Below the pieces are notes generated by a model. That model was given only the letters and a program-made list of their open reading frames with translations, did no database searches and was not told the origin of the DNA. DNA of 64,000 nt. It comes from Rhodospirillales bacterium 70-18. GTDB lineage: Bacteria; Pseudomonadota; Alphaproteobacteria; Acetobacterales; Acetobacteraceae. Each line of letters begins with the position of its first letter. Position 1 is the stretch's first letter. The DNA lies in contig MKWE01000021.1 in assembly GCA_001899585.1 (NCBI GenBank), forward strand, positions 2,388-66,387, in the 5' to 3' direction. Below are positions 56,681-64,000 of this stretch, piece by piece. The translations under genes were made by a program, and so were the position numbers.

Positions 56681-56813
56681 CGAGATCGCTGCCGCATATC
56701 GGCCCCTGAACGACCGGTCCGACGGCGGCGGGCGTACTGCGGAGTGCTGAACGCTGCGTCCGCAGCCGTTCCGCGTTCCGGCTACAAAGGTTCAACCCGA
56801 GGAGAACTTCCAA

Positions 56814-57701
56814 ATGACATCGATCAACACCCCCCGCCCCGCCTTGCGCAAGATCCTCAACGGGTCGGTCGCGCTTGGCATGGCGCTTGCTTTCGCGGCC
56901 GCCCCGCTCCCCGCAGCGACCGGCCTCGGCGGCGCCGCATTCGCCCAGGGCCAGGGCCAGGGCCAGGGTCAGGGTCAGGGCAAAGGTCAGGGCCAGGGCA
57001 CTGTCCGTCAGCCCGGCGCCGGTGGCGGTGCCACCTCGGGTGGCCAGATGGGCAAGGGCGGCAGCAGCGGCACCGGCAGCGGCACCACCGAAGGTGAGAC
57101 CGACTCCGACAAGAAAGGCCCGCAATTCGGCGGTGGCACCAACACCCGCAAGCCCGCGCCGGGCACCAGCGGCGGCAAGCCGGTCTGGGCGCAGGAAGGC
57201 ATTCCCGCGGTCGAGCTGGGCCGCCTGAGCGTCGCCCGCGCCCCGGCCCATGTGATCGAGAAGGCGGCGGCCGAGGCCCTCTCCAACTGGACCACCATGG
57301 GCACCACCGTGCTGACGCTGGCCGCCGAAGGGCAGCCGACGCTGACCATGACCGTGGCGCAGCTCTACTCCCTGCCCGCGCTCCAGTTCGCGAACATCGT
57401 GATGACCTACTATCCCTCGCTCGTTCGGATCGACTCGCCGCTGGAGAATCTCGGCCTGCTGCAGATCCTCGGCAAGACCGGCACCTCGCCGCTCCCCGGG
57501 GTCACGCCGGCCAGCAACATCGACCTCGCCGCGATCTTCCTCGCGTCGGCGTCGGACAAGACCCTGGCGATCAGCGTCGATACCGTGATCGCCATGAACA
57601 CGCTGCTCGGCCTGCCGTCGATGACGGTGGAGCAGGCGACCCAGCTGGCGACCGATGCCGAAGCGGTGCGCCTGGCCATCCTGATCGGCCACGACGGCTG
57701 A
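56814..57701 (+). CDS. secreted protein with a (GQ)n tract, a Gly/Ser/Thr-rich linker and a roughly 170-aa C-terminal domain of unknown function
   Basis: GAGGAG RBS. Signal peptide ...LGGAAFA/QGQGQGQGQGQGKGQGQG. The C-terminal domain (...VELGRLSVARAPAHVIEKAAAEAL...) is not recognised. A rho-independent terminator follows. Confidence 0.75.
   Translation: MTSINTPRPALRKILNGSVALGMALAFAAAPLPAATGLGGAAFAQGQGQGQGQGQGKGQGQGTVRQPGAGGGATSGGQMGKGGSSGTGSGTTEGETDSDKKGPQFGGGTNTRKPAPGTSGGKPVWAQEGIPAVELGRLSVARAPAHVIEKAAAEALSNWTTMGTTVLTLAAEGQPTLTMTVAQLYSLPALQFANIVMTYYPSLVRIDSPLENLGLLQILGKTGTSPLPGVTPASNIDLAAIFLASASDKTLAISVDTVIAMNTLLGLPSMTVEQATQLATDAEAVRLAILIGHDG
56946..56999. repeat. hexanucleotide microsatellite (CAGGGY)n, 9 units
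   Basis: Read directly. Encodes the GQ dipeptide tract. Confidence 0.9.
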
Positions 57702-57748
57702 TCCGGCGGCGCCCGGCCGGCGCGCAGACGGCCCGGGCGCCACGCGAG

Positions 57749-57779
57749 AGGCCGCTCCCTTCGGGGGGCGGCCTTTTTC
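57749..57779 (+). terminator. rho-independent terminator
   Basis: AGGCCGC-TCCCTTCGGGG-GCGGCCT followed by TTTTT. Confidence 0.8.
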
Positions 57780-57821
57780 GCGTCCGACGCCCCGTCCGCA
57801 TCGCCAGTCAGGCCGCCGGCA

Positions 57822-58681
57822 TCATCCGCGGTAATGCTGGTGCCGGCGCAGCCGCGCCGCCAGGCTGTCGCGCGGGCCGGTGAGCAGGCTGGCCGTCCAC
57901 AGCCCGCCCGCCGTCAGCACGATCGCCGGGCCGGCGGGGATGTTGGCGTGGTAGGACAGCAGCAGCCCGCACACCGAGGACAGCAGCGCCAGCGCCACCG
58001 CGGCGCGCACCTGCCCGGCCAGTTCGGCGGCCCAGTGGCGGGCGGCGACCGCCGGCAGCATCATCAGGCCGATCGACATCAGCGTGCCCAGCGCCGCGAA
58101 GCCGCCGACCACGCACAGCACCACCAGCGCCATGAACGCCAGGTGCCAGGCGCCGCCGCGCCCGCCGACCGCCTGCATGAAGCCGGGGTCGAAGCTCTCC
58201 AGGATCAGCGGCCGCCAGATCACCGCCAGCCCCGGCAGCGCGATGCTGGCGACGCCGGCCATCAGCAGCAGCGCGGTGTTGTCCACCGCCAGCACGCTGC
58301 CGAACAGCAGATGCCCAAGGTCGATGCCGCGCGTGGCCGAGACGATGGCCACGCCCCCGGCCAGCGCGATCAGGTAGACGCCGGCAAGCTGGCTGTCCTC
58401 CCGCCCGCCGGTGGCCCGCGCCAGCCAGCCGGCCAGCAGCGCCACCGCCAACCCGGCCAGGAAGCCGCCGAACCCCATCGCCCACAGCGACAGCCCGCCG
58501 AACAGCGCCCCCAGCGCGATGCCGGGCAGGATGCCGTGTTGCAGCACGTCGCTGGTCAGGCTCATCCGCCGCAGCACCAGCAACACGCCGAGCGGCGGCC
58601 CGGCCAGCGACAGCGCGACGCAGCCGGCCAGCGCCCGGCGCATGAAGGCCATGGCGAAGGGTTCGATCAGCAGGGCGTGGA

Positions 58682-58685
<4 letters not shown>
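57822..58685 (-). CDS. znuB: metal (zinc-type) ABC transporter permease
   Basis: Start reset to MIHALLIEPFAMAFMRRAL at 58685. ABC-3 family pattern with 8-9 helices. ATGA overlap with the upstream ATPase gene. Confidence 0.8.
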
Positions 58686-59424
<739 letters not shown>

Positions 59425-59428
<4 letters not shown>

Positions 59429-59526
59429 ATCGCCCACCACACGCCGAGCCAGACGAGGGCGACCAGCACGAGCGCCAGCGCCAGCCGCGCGCCAAGCCCG
59501 GAAGCCAGGGAAAGGGGGTCCTGCAT
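59425..59526 (-). CDS. unannotated 33-aa single-pass membrane ORF translationally coupled to znuC (putative)
   Basis: MQDPLSLASGLGARLALALVLVALVWLGVWWAI. 29 of 33 third positions are G/C. Its stop overlaps the znuC start (ATATGA). No SD is present, and the ATG lies 1-2 nt from the Zur-like box. Too short for the ORF track. Confidence 0.45.
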
Positions 59527-59527
59527 T

Positions 59528-59540
59528 GTTATAGTATAAC
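59528..59540. promoter_or_regulatory. Zur-box-like palindrome GTTATAGTATAAC
   Basis: Perfect 6-1-6 palindrome of the TGTTATA-N-TATAACA type, in the spacer between the znu operon and the divergent DUF445 gene. Confidence 0.6.
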
Positions 59541-59590
59541 GTCACCCCCCCTTGCCGGTAAACCGGGACCGCGTGATAGCCTGCCATGCA

Positions 59591-60871
59591 ATGACATCCC
59601 TCCCCCCTCCCGACCCCGACCACGCGGCCCGCCGCACCCTGGCCCGCCACCGCGCCTTCGCGACCGGCCTGCTGCTGCTGATGGCCTGCCTGACCATCGG
59701 CACCTACTGGCTGCCGCCAGGGGTGTGGACCGAGGTGCTGCAGGCCGCCGCCAAGGCCGGCTTCGTCGGCGGCATCGCCGACTGGTTCGCGGTGACGGCG
59801 CTGTTCCGCCACCCGCTGGGCCTGCCGATCCCGCATACCGCCATCATCCCGGCACAGAAGGCCCGGCTGGGCCGCGCCCTGGGGCGGTTCGTGGCCAACC
59901 ACGTGTTCACCGAGGCGGAGCTGGCGCGCACCATGGCGCGGCTGGACCTGGCCGGGATCGTGGCGCGCTACCTGTCGGACCCGGCCACCGCCCGGCCGGC
60001 GGCGCGCGCGCTGGCCGCCCTGCTGCCCAAGCTGCTGGCCACGGTGGAGGACGGGCGGGCGCGCCGGCTGCTGACCCGGCTGCTGCCGCGCGTGCTTGGC
60101 GGGCCGGAGGCCGGGCGGGTGGTGGCGCGGGCGCTGCGCCAGCTGATGGCGGGCGGGCGACACCAGGAGGTGTTCGGCTACGTGCTGGGCCAGTTCAAGG
60201 GCCTGCTGGCCAGCCGGGAGGAGGCGCTGCGCCTGGCCATCGAGGAGCGGGTGCGCGAGCAAGGTGGCCGGCTGGTCGGCTGGGCGCTGGGTGCCACCGT
60301 GGCCCGCCGGGCGCTGGCGGTGATCAACACCGAGCTGGACAAGATGGAACCCGACGGCAGCGAGCTGCGTGCCGCCTTCGACGAATGGATGGCCCGCGAG
60401 ATCGCCGCCATGGAGCACGACCCCGCCCGCGCCGCCGAATTGGGCCGCGCGGTCGGCCGGGTGCTGGGGCACGAGACGGTGCGGGTGTGGTTCTGGGACA
60501 TCTGGTCGCGCGTGCGCATCGCCATGGAGGCGGATGCGGCGAAGCCGAACGGGCGGACGGTGGCGTTCCTGGAGGACGCGCTGGGCAATCTCGGGCTGCT
60601 GCTGCAAAGCGACCCCGGCGCCAAGGCCCGGCTGCAACGCGCCGCCGAAGGGGTGATCAGCGGGCTGCTGCCGGCCGGGCAGGCGCAGATCGCCGATTTC
60701 ATCGCCGAGGCGGTAGCCGGCTGGGACGCCGGCACCATCACCGACCGGCTGGAACTGCGGGTGGGGCGCGACCTGCAATACGTGCGCATCAACGGCACGC
60801 TGGTGGGATTCCTGGTCGGCGGACTTGTCTACGCGGTGTTGCGTGCGACATTCGGGGTGGTGGCGTTCTGA
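59591..60871 (+). CDS. DUF445 family membrane protein
   Basis: ...AAKAGFVGGIADWFAVTALFRHPLGLPIPHTAIIP..K..LG..LG.FV..., C-terminal ...LQYVRINGTLVGFLVG. ATG at 59591; the track start at 59552 is TTG. Confidence 0.8.
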   Translation: MTSLPPPDPDHAARRTLARHRAFATGLLLLMACLTIGTYWLPPGVWTEVLQAAAKAGFVGGIADWFAVTALFRHPLGLPIPHTAIIPAQKARLGRALGRFVANHVFTEAELARTMARLDLAGIVARYLSDPATARPAARALAALLPKLLATVEDGRARRLLTRLLPRVLGGPEAGRVVARALRQLMAGGRHQEVFGYVLGQFKGLLASREEALRLAIEERVREQGGRLVGWALGATVARRALAVINTELDKMEPDGSELRAAFDEWMAREIAAMEHDPARAAELGRAVGRVLGHETVRVWFWDIWSRVRIAMEADAAKPNGRTVAFLEDALGNLGLLLQSDPGAKARLQRAAEGVISGLLPAGQAQIADFIAEAVAGWDAGTITDRLELRVGRDLQYVRINGTLVGFLVGGLVYAVLRATFGVVAF

Positions 60872-60884
60872 AGGGGCCCTAGCG

Positions 60885-61910
60885 ATGCGTCTGTCCGTGC
60901 TCGACCAGTCCACCGTGGTGTCCGGCCGCTCGCCCGATGTCTCGATCCGCGAAAGCCTGGCCTTGGCGAAGCATGCCGAGGCGCTGGGCTATCACCGTTA
61001 CTGGGTGGCCGAGCACCACAACTCGGCCTCGATCGCAGGCTCCGCGCCGGAAATCCTGATCGCGGCGATCGCGGCGACCACGCAGCGCATCCGGGTGGGC
61101 AGCGCCGGGGTGATGCTGCCGCACTATTCCGCCCTGAAGGTGGCCGAGCAGTTCCGCGTGCTGGAGGCGATCGCCCCCGGCCGGATCGACGTCGGGCTGG
61201 GCCGCGCGCCGGGCTCGGACGGGCTGACGGCGCATGCGCTGAACCCGAACGCGGCGGTGGCGGCCGAGCATTTCCCGGCGGCGGTGCGCGACCTGCTGGC
61301 GTGGATGGCCGGGGAACCGCTGGTGGAGCGGCATCCCTTCGCCAGCATCACCGCCCAGCCGCAGGGGCCGACGGTGCCGGAGACGTGGATTCTCGGCAGT
61401 TCGGAGTATGGGGCGCAGGTGGCGGCGCATTTCGGACTGCCGTACTGCTTCGCGCATTTCATCACCGATGGGGCCGGATGTGCCGAGGCATTGTCGCTTT
61501 ATCAGGCCGGATTCCGGCCAAATGCCCGCCATTCGGCGCCGTTAGGGGCGGTTTGCGTGTGGGCCTTGGCCGCCGAGACGCAGGCGGAGGCGGAGCGGCT
61601 GGTCTCCAGCCGGGTGCTGGCGCGGCTGTGGCGCGACCGGGGGGTGTTCGCGCCGCTGCCCTCGCCGGAGGAAGTTATGTCGCATCACTATAGCGACTCC
61701 GACACGGCCCGGATGGCGCGCATCCGCGAGCGGGCGATCTACGGCACGCCGGACGTGGTGGCCGCCAGGCTGCGGGCGCTGGCCGCCGAGTTGCAGGTGG
61801 AGGAGGTGGCGGTGCTGACCGCGACCCACGACCCCGAGGCGCGACGGCGCAGCTACACGCTGCTGGCGCGCGCGTTCGGACTGAGCGAGGTGGCGCTGGC
61901 GGCGGAGTAG
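60885..61910 (+). CDS. LLM-class flavin-dependent oxidoreductase (luciferase-like, MsnO8 type)
   Basis: MRLSVLDQS...LA..AE.LGYHRYWVAEHHN...GSAGVMLPHYS.LKVAEQF..LE...PGRIDVGLGRAPG. Confidence 0.88.
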   Translation: MRLSVLDQSTVVSGRSPDVSIRESLALAKHAEALGYHRYWVAEHHNSASIAGSAPEILIAAIAATTQRIRVGSAGVMLPHYSALKVAEQFRVLEAIAPGRIDVGLGRAPGSDGLTAHALNPNAAVAAEHFPAAVRDLLAWMAGEPLVERHPFASITAQPQGPTVPETWILGSSEYGAQVAAHFGLPYCFAHFITDGAGCAEALSLYQAGFRPNARHSAPLGAVCVWALAAETQAEAERLVSSRVLARLWRDRGVFAPLPSPEEVMSHHYSDSDTARMARIRERAIYGTPDVVAARLRALAAELQVEEVAVLTATHDPEARRRSYTLLARAFGLSEVALAAE

Positions 61911-62037
61911 CTTCGCCCTTTATCTTGCCGCGTGATTCAGACCTCCGGTGATCCCACCTCCAGTCATCACGCTTAAGCGCATGGCAGGGCTGCGCGGCTT
62001 GTGCGGGGGCGGGGGGCGCACCAGATCGGGGCGGAAC

Positions 62038-62051
62038 GTTCGATATCGAAC
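62038..62051. promoter_or_regulatory. perfect 14-bp palindrome GTTCGATATCGAAC upstream of the pirin gene (operator candidate)
   Basis: Read directly. Lies 36 bp upstream of the pirin ATG. Confidence 0.35.
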
Positions 62052-62086
62052 TATCATCCGTCATACCTATCGCACAGGAGCAGCCC

Positions 62087-62794
62087 ATGATCAGCGTGCA
62101 ACCCTTCGACCGGCTGGGCAAATTCCGTAACGAGTGGCTGAACGCCCGGCATCACTTCAGCTTCGGCCAGTACCACGACCCCGCGCGCATGGGCGCCGGC
62201 GGGCTGCGGGTGTGGAACGACGACGAGATCGCCCCCGGCACCGGCTTCGACCCGCATCCGCACCGGGACATGGAGATCGTGACCTATGTGCGCGCCGGCG
62301 CCATCACCCACCGCGACGGCCTGGGCAACGAGGGCCGCACCGAGGCGGGCGACGTGCAGGTGATGCATGCCGGCACCGGCATCGTGCATGCCGAATACAA
62401 CGAGGAGGCGGTGCCGACGCGGCTGTTCCAGATCTGGATCCAGCCTTCCCGCCGCGGCGTGGCGCCTGGCTGGGGCACGCGGCAATTCCCCAAGGGCGAG
62501 GCGACCGACGGGCGGCTGGTGGCGCTGGCCGACGGGCGGGCGGCGGCCGATGGCGCGGCGCTGCCGCTGCATGCCGATGCGGCGGTGCTGGCCGGCACGG
62601 TGCGCGCCGGGCAGACGGTGCGCCACACGCTGGGCGCCGGGCGGGTGGGCTACCTGGTGCCCTCGACCGGGACGGTGACGGTGAACGGCGTGGCGGTGAA
62701 CACCCGCGACGGCGCGACCATCACCGGCGAGGACGTGGTGGCCATCACCGCCACCGAGGACGCCGAACTGGTGCTGGTGGACGTGGCGGCCTGA
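62087..62794 (+). CDS. pirin family protein
   Basis: ...HHFSFGQYHDP..MG.G.LRVWNDD.I.PG.GF..HPHRDMEIVTYV..G...H.D..GN. Confidence 0.9.
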   Translation: MISVQPFDRLGKFRNEWLNARHHFSFGQYHDPARMGAGGLRVWNDDEIAPGTGFDPHPHRDMEIVTYVRAGAITHRDGLGNEGRTEAGDVQVMHAGTGIVHAEYNEEAVPTRLFQIWIQPSRRGVAPGWGTRQFPKGEATDGRLVALADGRAAADGAALPLHADAAVLAGTVRAGQTVRHTLGAGRVGYLVPSTGTVTVNGVAVNTRDGATITGEDVVAITATEDAELVLVDVAA

Positions 62795-62803
62795 GGCCGC
62801 CAA

Positions 62804-62864
62804 GGGAAGCCAGGTCACAAAGAGAGGTAGAGGCGATGAGAAGGCGGGAGCGGCCTGCCTTCCC
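62804..62864. repeat. intergenic repeat, copy D (hairpin-flanked; shares a 22-mer with copy B)
   Basis: 62815..62836 TCACAAAGAGAGGTAGAGGCGA versus 7498..7519 TCACAAAGAGACGTAGAGGCGA (21/22). Flanked by GGGAAGCCAGG / CCTGCCTTCCC. Confidence 0.6.
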
Positions 62865-62957
62865 ATTGTTTCCGGTGAATGCTTCCCGCCGGGTGGTGCG
62901 CGCCGCCGCCCGGCCGACGCATCGATTGACGCCGTGACGGCCGCGTCCTATCGATTG

Positions 62958-63010
62958 ACGAGGGGATGGAGTCCCCCTTGAACCGCCGCAGAGGCTGATG
63001 ACTCCTGTCG
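62958..63010 (+). ncRNA. fluoride riboswitch (crcB motif)
   Basis: GAGGGGAUGGAGUCCCCCUUGAACCGCCGCAGAGGCUGAUGACUCCUGU. Shows GGxGAUGG...AACCGCC...GCUGAUGAxUCCU with pseudoknot partners GGAGU/ACUCC. Lies upstream of crcB, and a TTGACG -35-like hexamer sits just 5' of it. Confidence 0.8.
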
Positions 63011-63137
63011 CGCATGGCCGGTCCATGGCGGCGGGGGTATGCCCGGACGGTTCGCCGGTCCGATGATGCCCCTCTCGCCCGGCCTGCGCATGAATGGGAC
63101 TGCGCATCAACGGGTCTGGCGCGGAAGGAGGCACGAC

Positions 63138-63545
63138 ATGGACTACGCCTGGGTTGCCATCGGCAGCGCGATCGGGGGCATGGGCCGCTATTGGGTGGCC
63201 ACGGCGATGGCGCGGCTGACCGGGCCGCAATTCCCCTGGGGCACTATTCTCATCAACATCGTCGGCTCGTTCGTCATCGGGCTGGTGGCGGCGGCGACGG
63301 CGCCGGGCGGGCGGTTCGCGGCGCCGCAGGAGTTGCGGCTGTTCGTGATGGTGGGGGTCTGCGGCGGCTTCACCACCTTCTCCTCGTTCAGCCTGCAGAC
63401 GCTGGAACTGCTGCGCGACGGCCGGCCGGGCGAGGCGCTGGGCAATATCGTGCTGTCGGTGGGGCTGTGCGTGGCCGGCGTGGCGGTGGGCTATTATGGC
63501 GGGACGGCGCTGCACGCGGCGCGGGCGCTGGGGCAGCAGGGGTGA
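63138..63545 (+). CDS. crcB: fluoride efflux transporter CrcB
   Basis: GGAAGGAGG RBS. MDYAWVAIGSAIGGMGRYWV...PWGTILINIVGSFVIG...GVCGGFTTFSSFSLQT. Confidence 0.9.
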   Translation: MDYAWVAIGSAIGGMGRYWVATAMARLTGPQFPWGTILINIVGSFVIGLVAAATAPGGRFAAPQELRLFVMVGVCGGFTTFSSFSLQTLELLRDGRPGEALGNIVLSVGLCVAGVAVGYYGGTALHAARALGQQG

Positions 63546-63550
63546 CGGGC

Positions 63551-64000
63551 ATGACCGCGGTGATCCTGGTGGTGCTGGAACGACAGGCCGACGCGCCCTC
63601 GCTGCTGGCGGCGGCCGGGCGCCTCGCCGGGTTGCTGGGCGGCACGCGGGTGACGGCGCTGGCCGTGCGGGTGCCGGCCGAGGCCACCATCATGCCGACC
63701 GAGGAGATCCTGACCGACCGCTACCGGCAGGCATGGGACTCCGCCGAGGCCACCCGGCTGGCGGTGCTGGGCGACGCCCATGCGCGATGGCGGGCCGAGG
63801 GCGGCGAGGCGGCCCGGCGCAGCGAACTGCGCATCGAGCAGGGCGACCCGGAGGCGCTGGTGGCCACGCATGGCCGGGCCGCCGACTATCTGGTCGTGGC
63901 CCGGCCGAGCGACGCGGGCGGCGGGGCGGCGCGCGAGATGGCCCATGCGGCGCTGTTCGATACCGGCCGGCCGGTGTTGCTGGTGCCGCCGGGGTTTGCC
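63551..64000 (+). CDS. universal stress protein (UspA family), truncated by the window end
   Basis: MTAVILVVLERQADAPSLLAAAGRLAG...DYLVVARPS...AHAALFDTGRPVLLVP. Confidence 0.7.
   Translation, partial: MTAVILVVLERQADAPSLLAAAGRLAGLLGGTRVTALAVRVPAEATIMPTEEILTDRYRQAWDSAEATRLAVLGDAHARWRAEGGEAARRSELRIEQGDPEALVATHGRAADYLVVARPSDAGGGAAREMAHAALFDTGRPVLLVPPGFA

Overview
Very GC-rich chromosomal segment; third codon positions are almost uniformly G/C. Gene content looks alphaproteobacterial, possibly Acetobacteraceae-like, but that is inference only. I call about 62 protein genes, one tRNA-Val(GAC), one fluoride riboswitch and several regulatory sites and repeats. Many long ORFs in the supplied track are GC-driven shadow frames or 5' over-extensions, so I re-set starts from RBS, operon coupling and homology. 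ORFs in the track may begin with GTG or TTG shown as M. Core blocks: a thiol dioxygenase fragment, MFS, dps, parE, HU, murQ-nagA, aldehyde dehydrogenase, carbamoylase-type amidase and peptide-type SBP. Then yaiI, cysK with a divergent Cys-less Rrf2 plus 1-Cys peroxiredoxin, and pstSCAB-phoU-phoB with a Pho-box array. Then MBL hydrolase, a GS-like enzyme, two divergent isochorismatase paralogs, M20 peptidase, SDR and MoxR plus VWA. Further on: LysE, FAH, D-carbamoylase, Gfo/Idh/MocA, HdeD, RidA, a K+ channel, znuCB with a Zur box, DUF445, LLM oxidoreductase, pirin, riboswitch-crcB and a USP. Accessory blocks: (i) a small islet abutting the 3' end of tRNA-Val (30.4-33.1 kb) with an orphan Flp-like pilin, a coiled-coil sulfotransferase and a decayed acetyltransferase. 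(ii) A repeat-rich TPR-like sulfotransferase fusion (24.1-26.1 kb). (iii) A 44.6-57.8 kb locus, which is the best candidate for an undescribed system. That locus has two mirrored paralogous two-gene GT2 modules converging on glf (UDP-galactopyranose mutase), a further GT2, an outer-membrane beta-barrel and an FNR-type regulator with an E--SR recognition helix. It also has near-identical TTGAT-N4-ATCAT boxes in front of genes for four signal-peptide proteins of unknown function. Three of those proteins carry dipeptide (TQ or GQ) or Gly/His low-complexity tracts encoded by micro/minisatellites. Also notable: a MITE-like intergenic repeat family whose termini supply flanking stop codons, an unannotated 33-aa membrane ORF coupled to znuC, a divergent PEP-carboxylase-like protein and an SDR with NxxxK in place of YxxxK. 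No CRISPR array, rRNA, transposase or integrase was seen.
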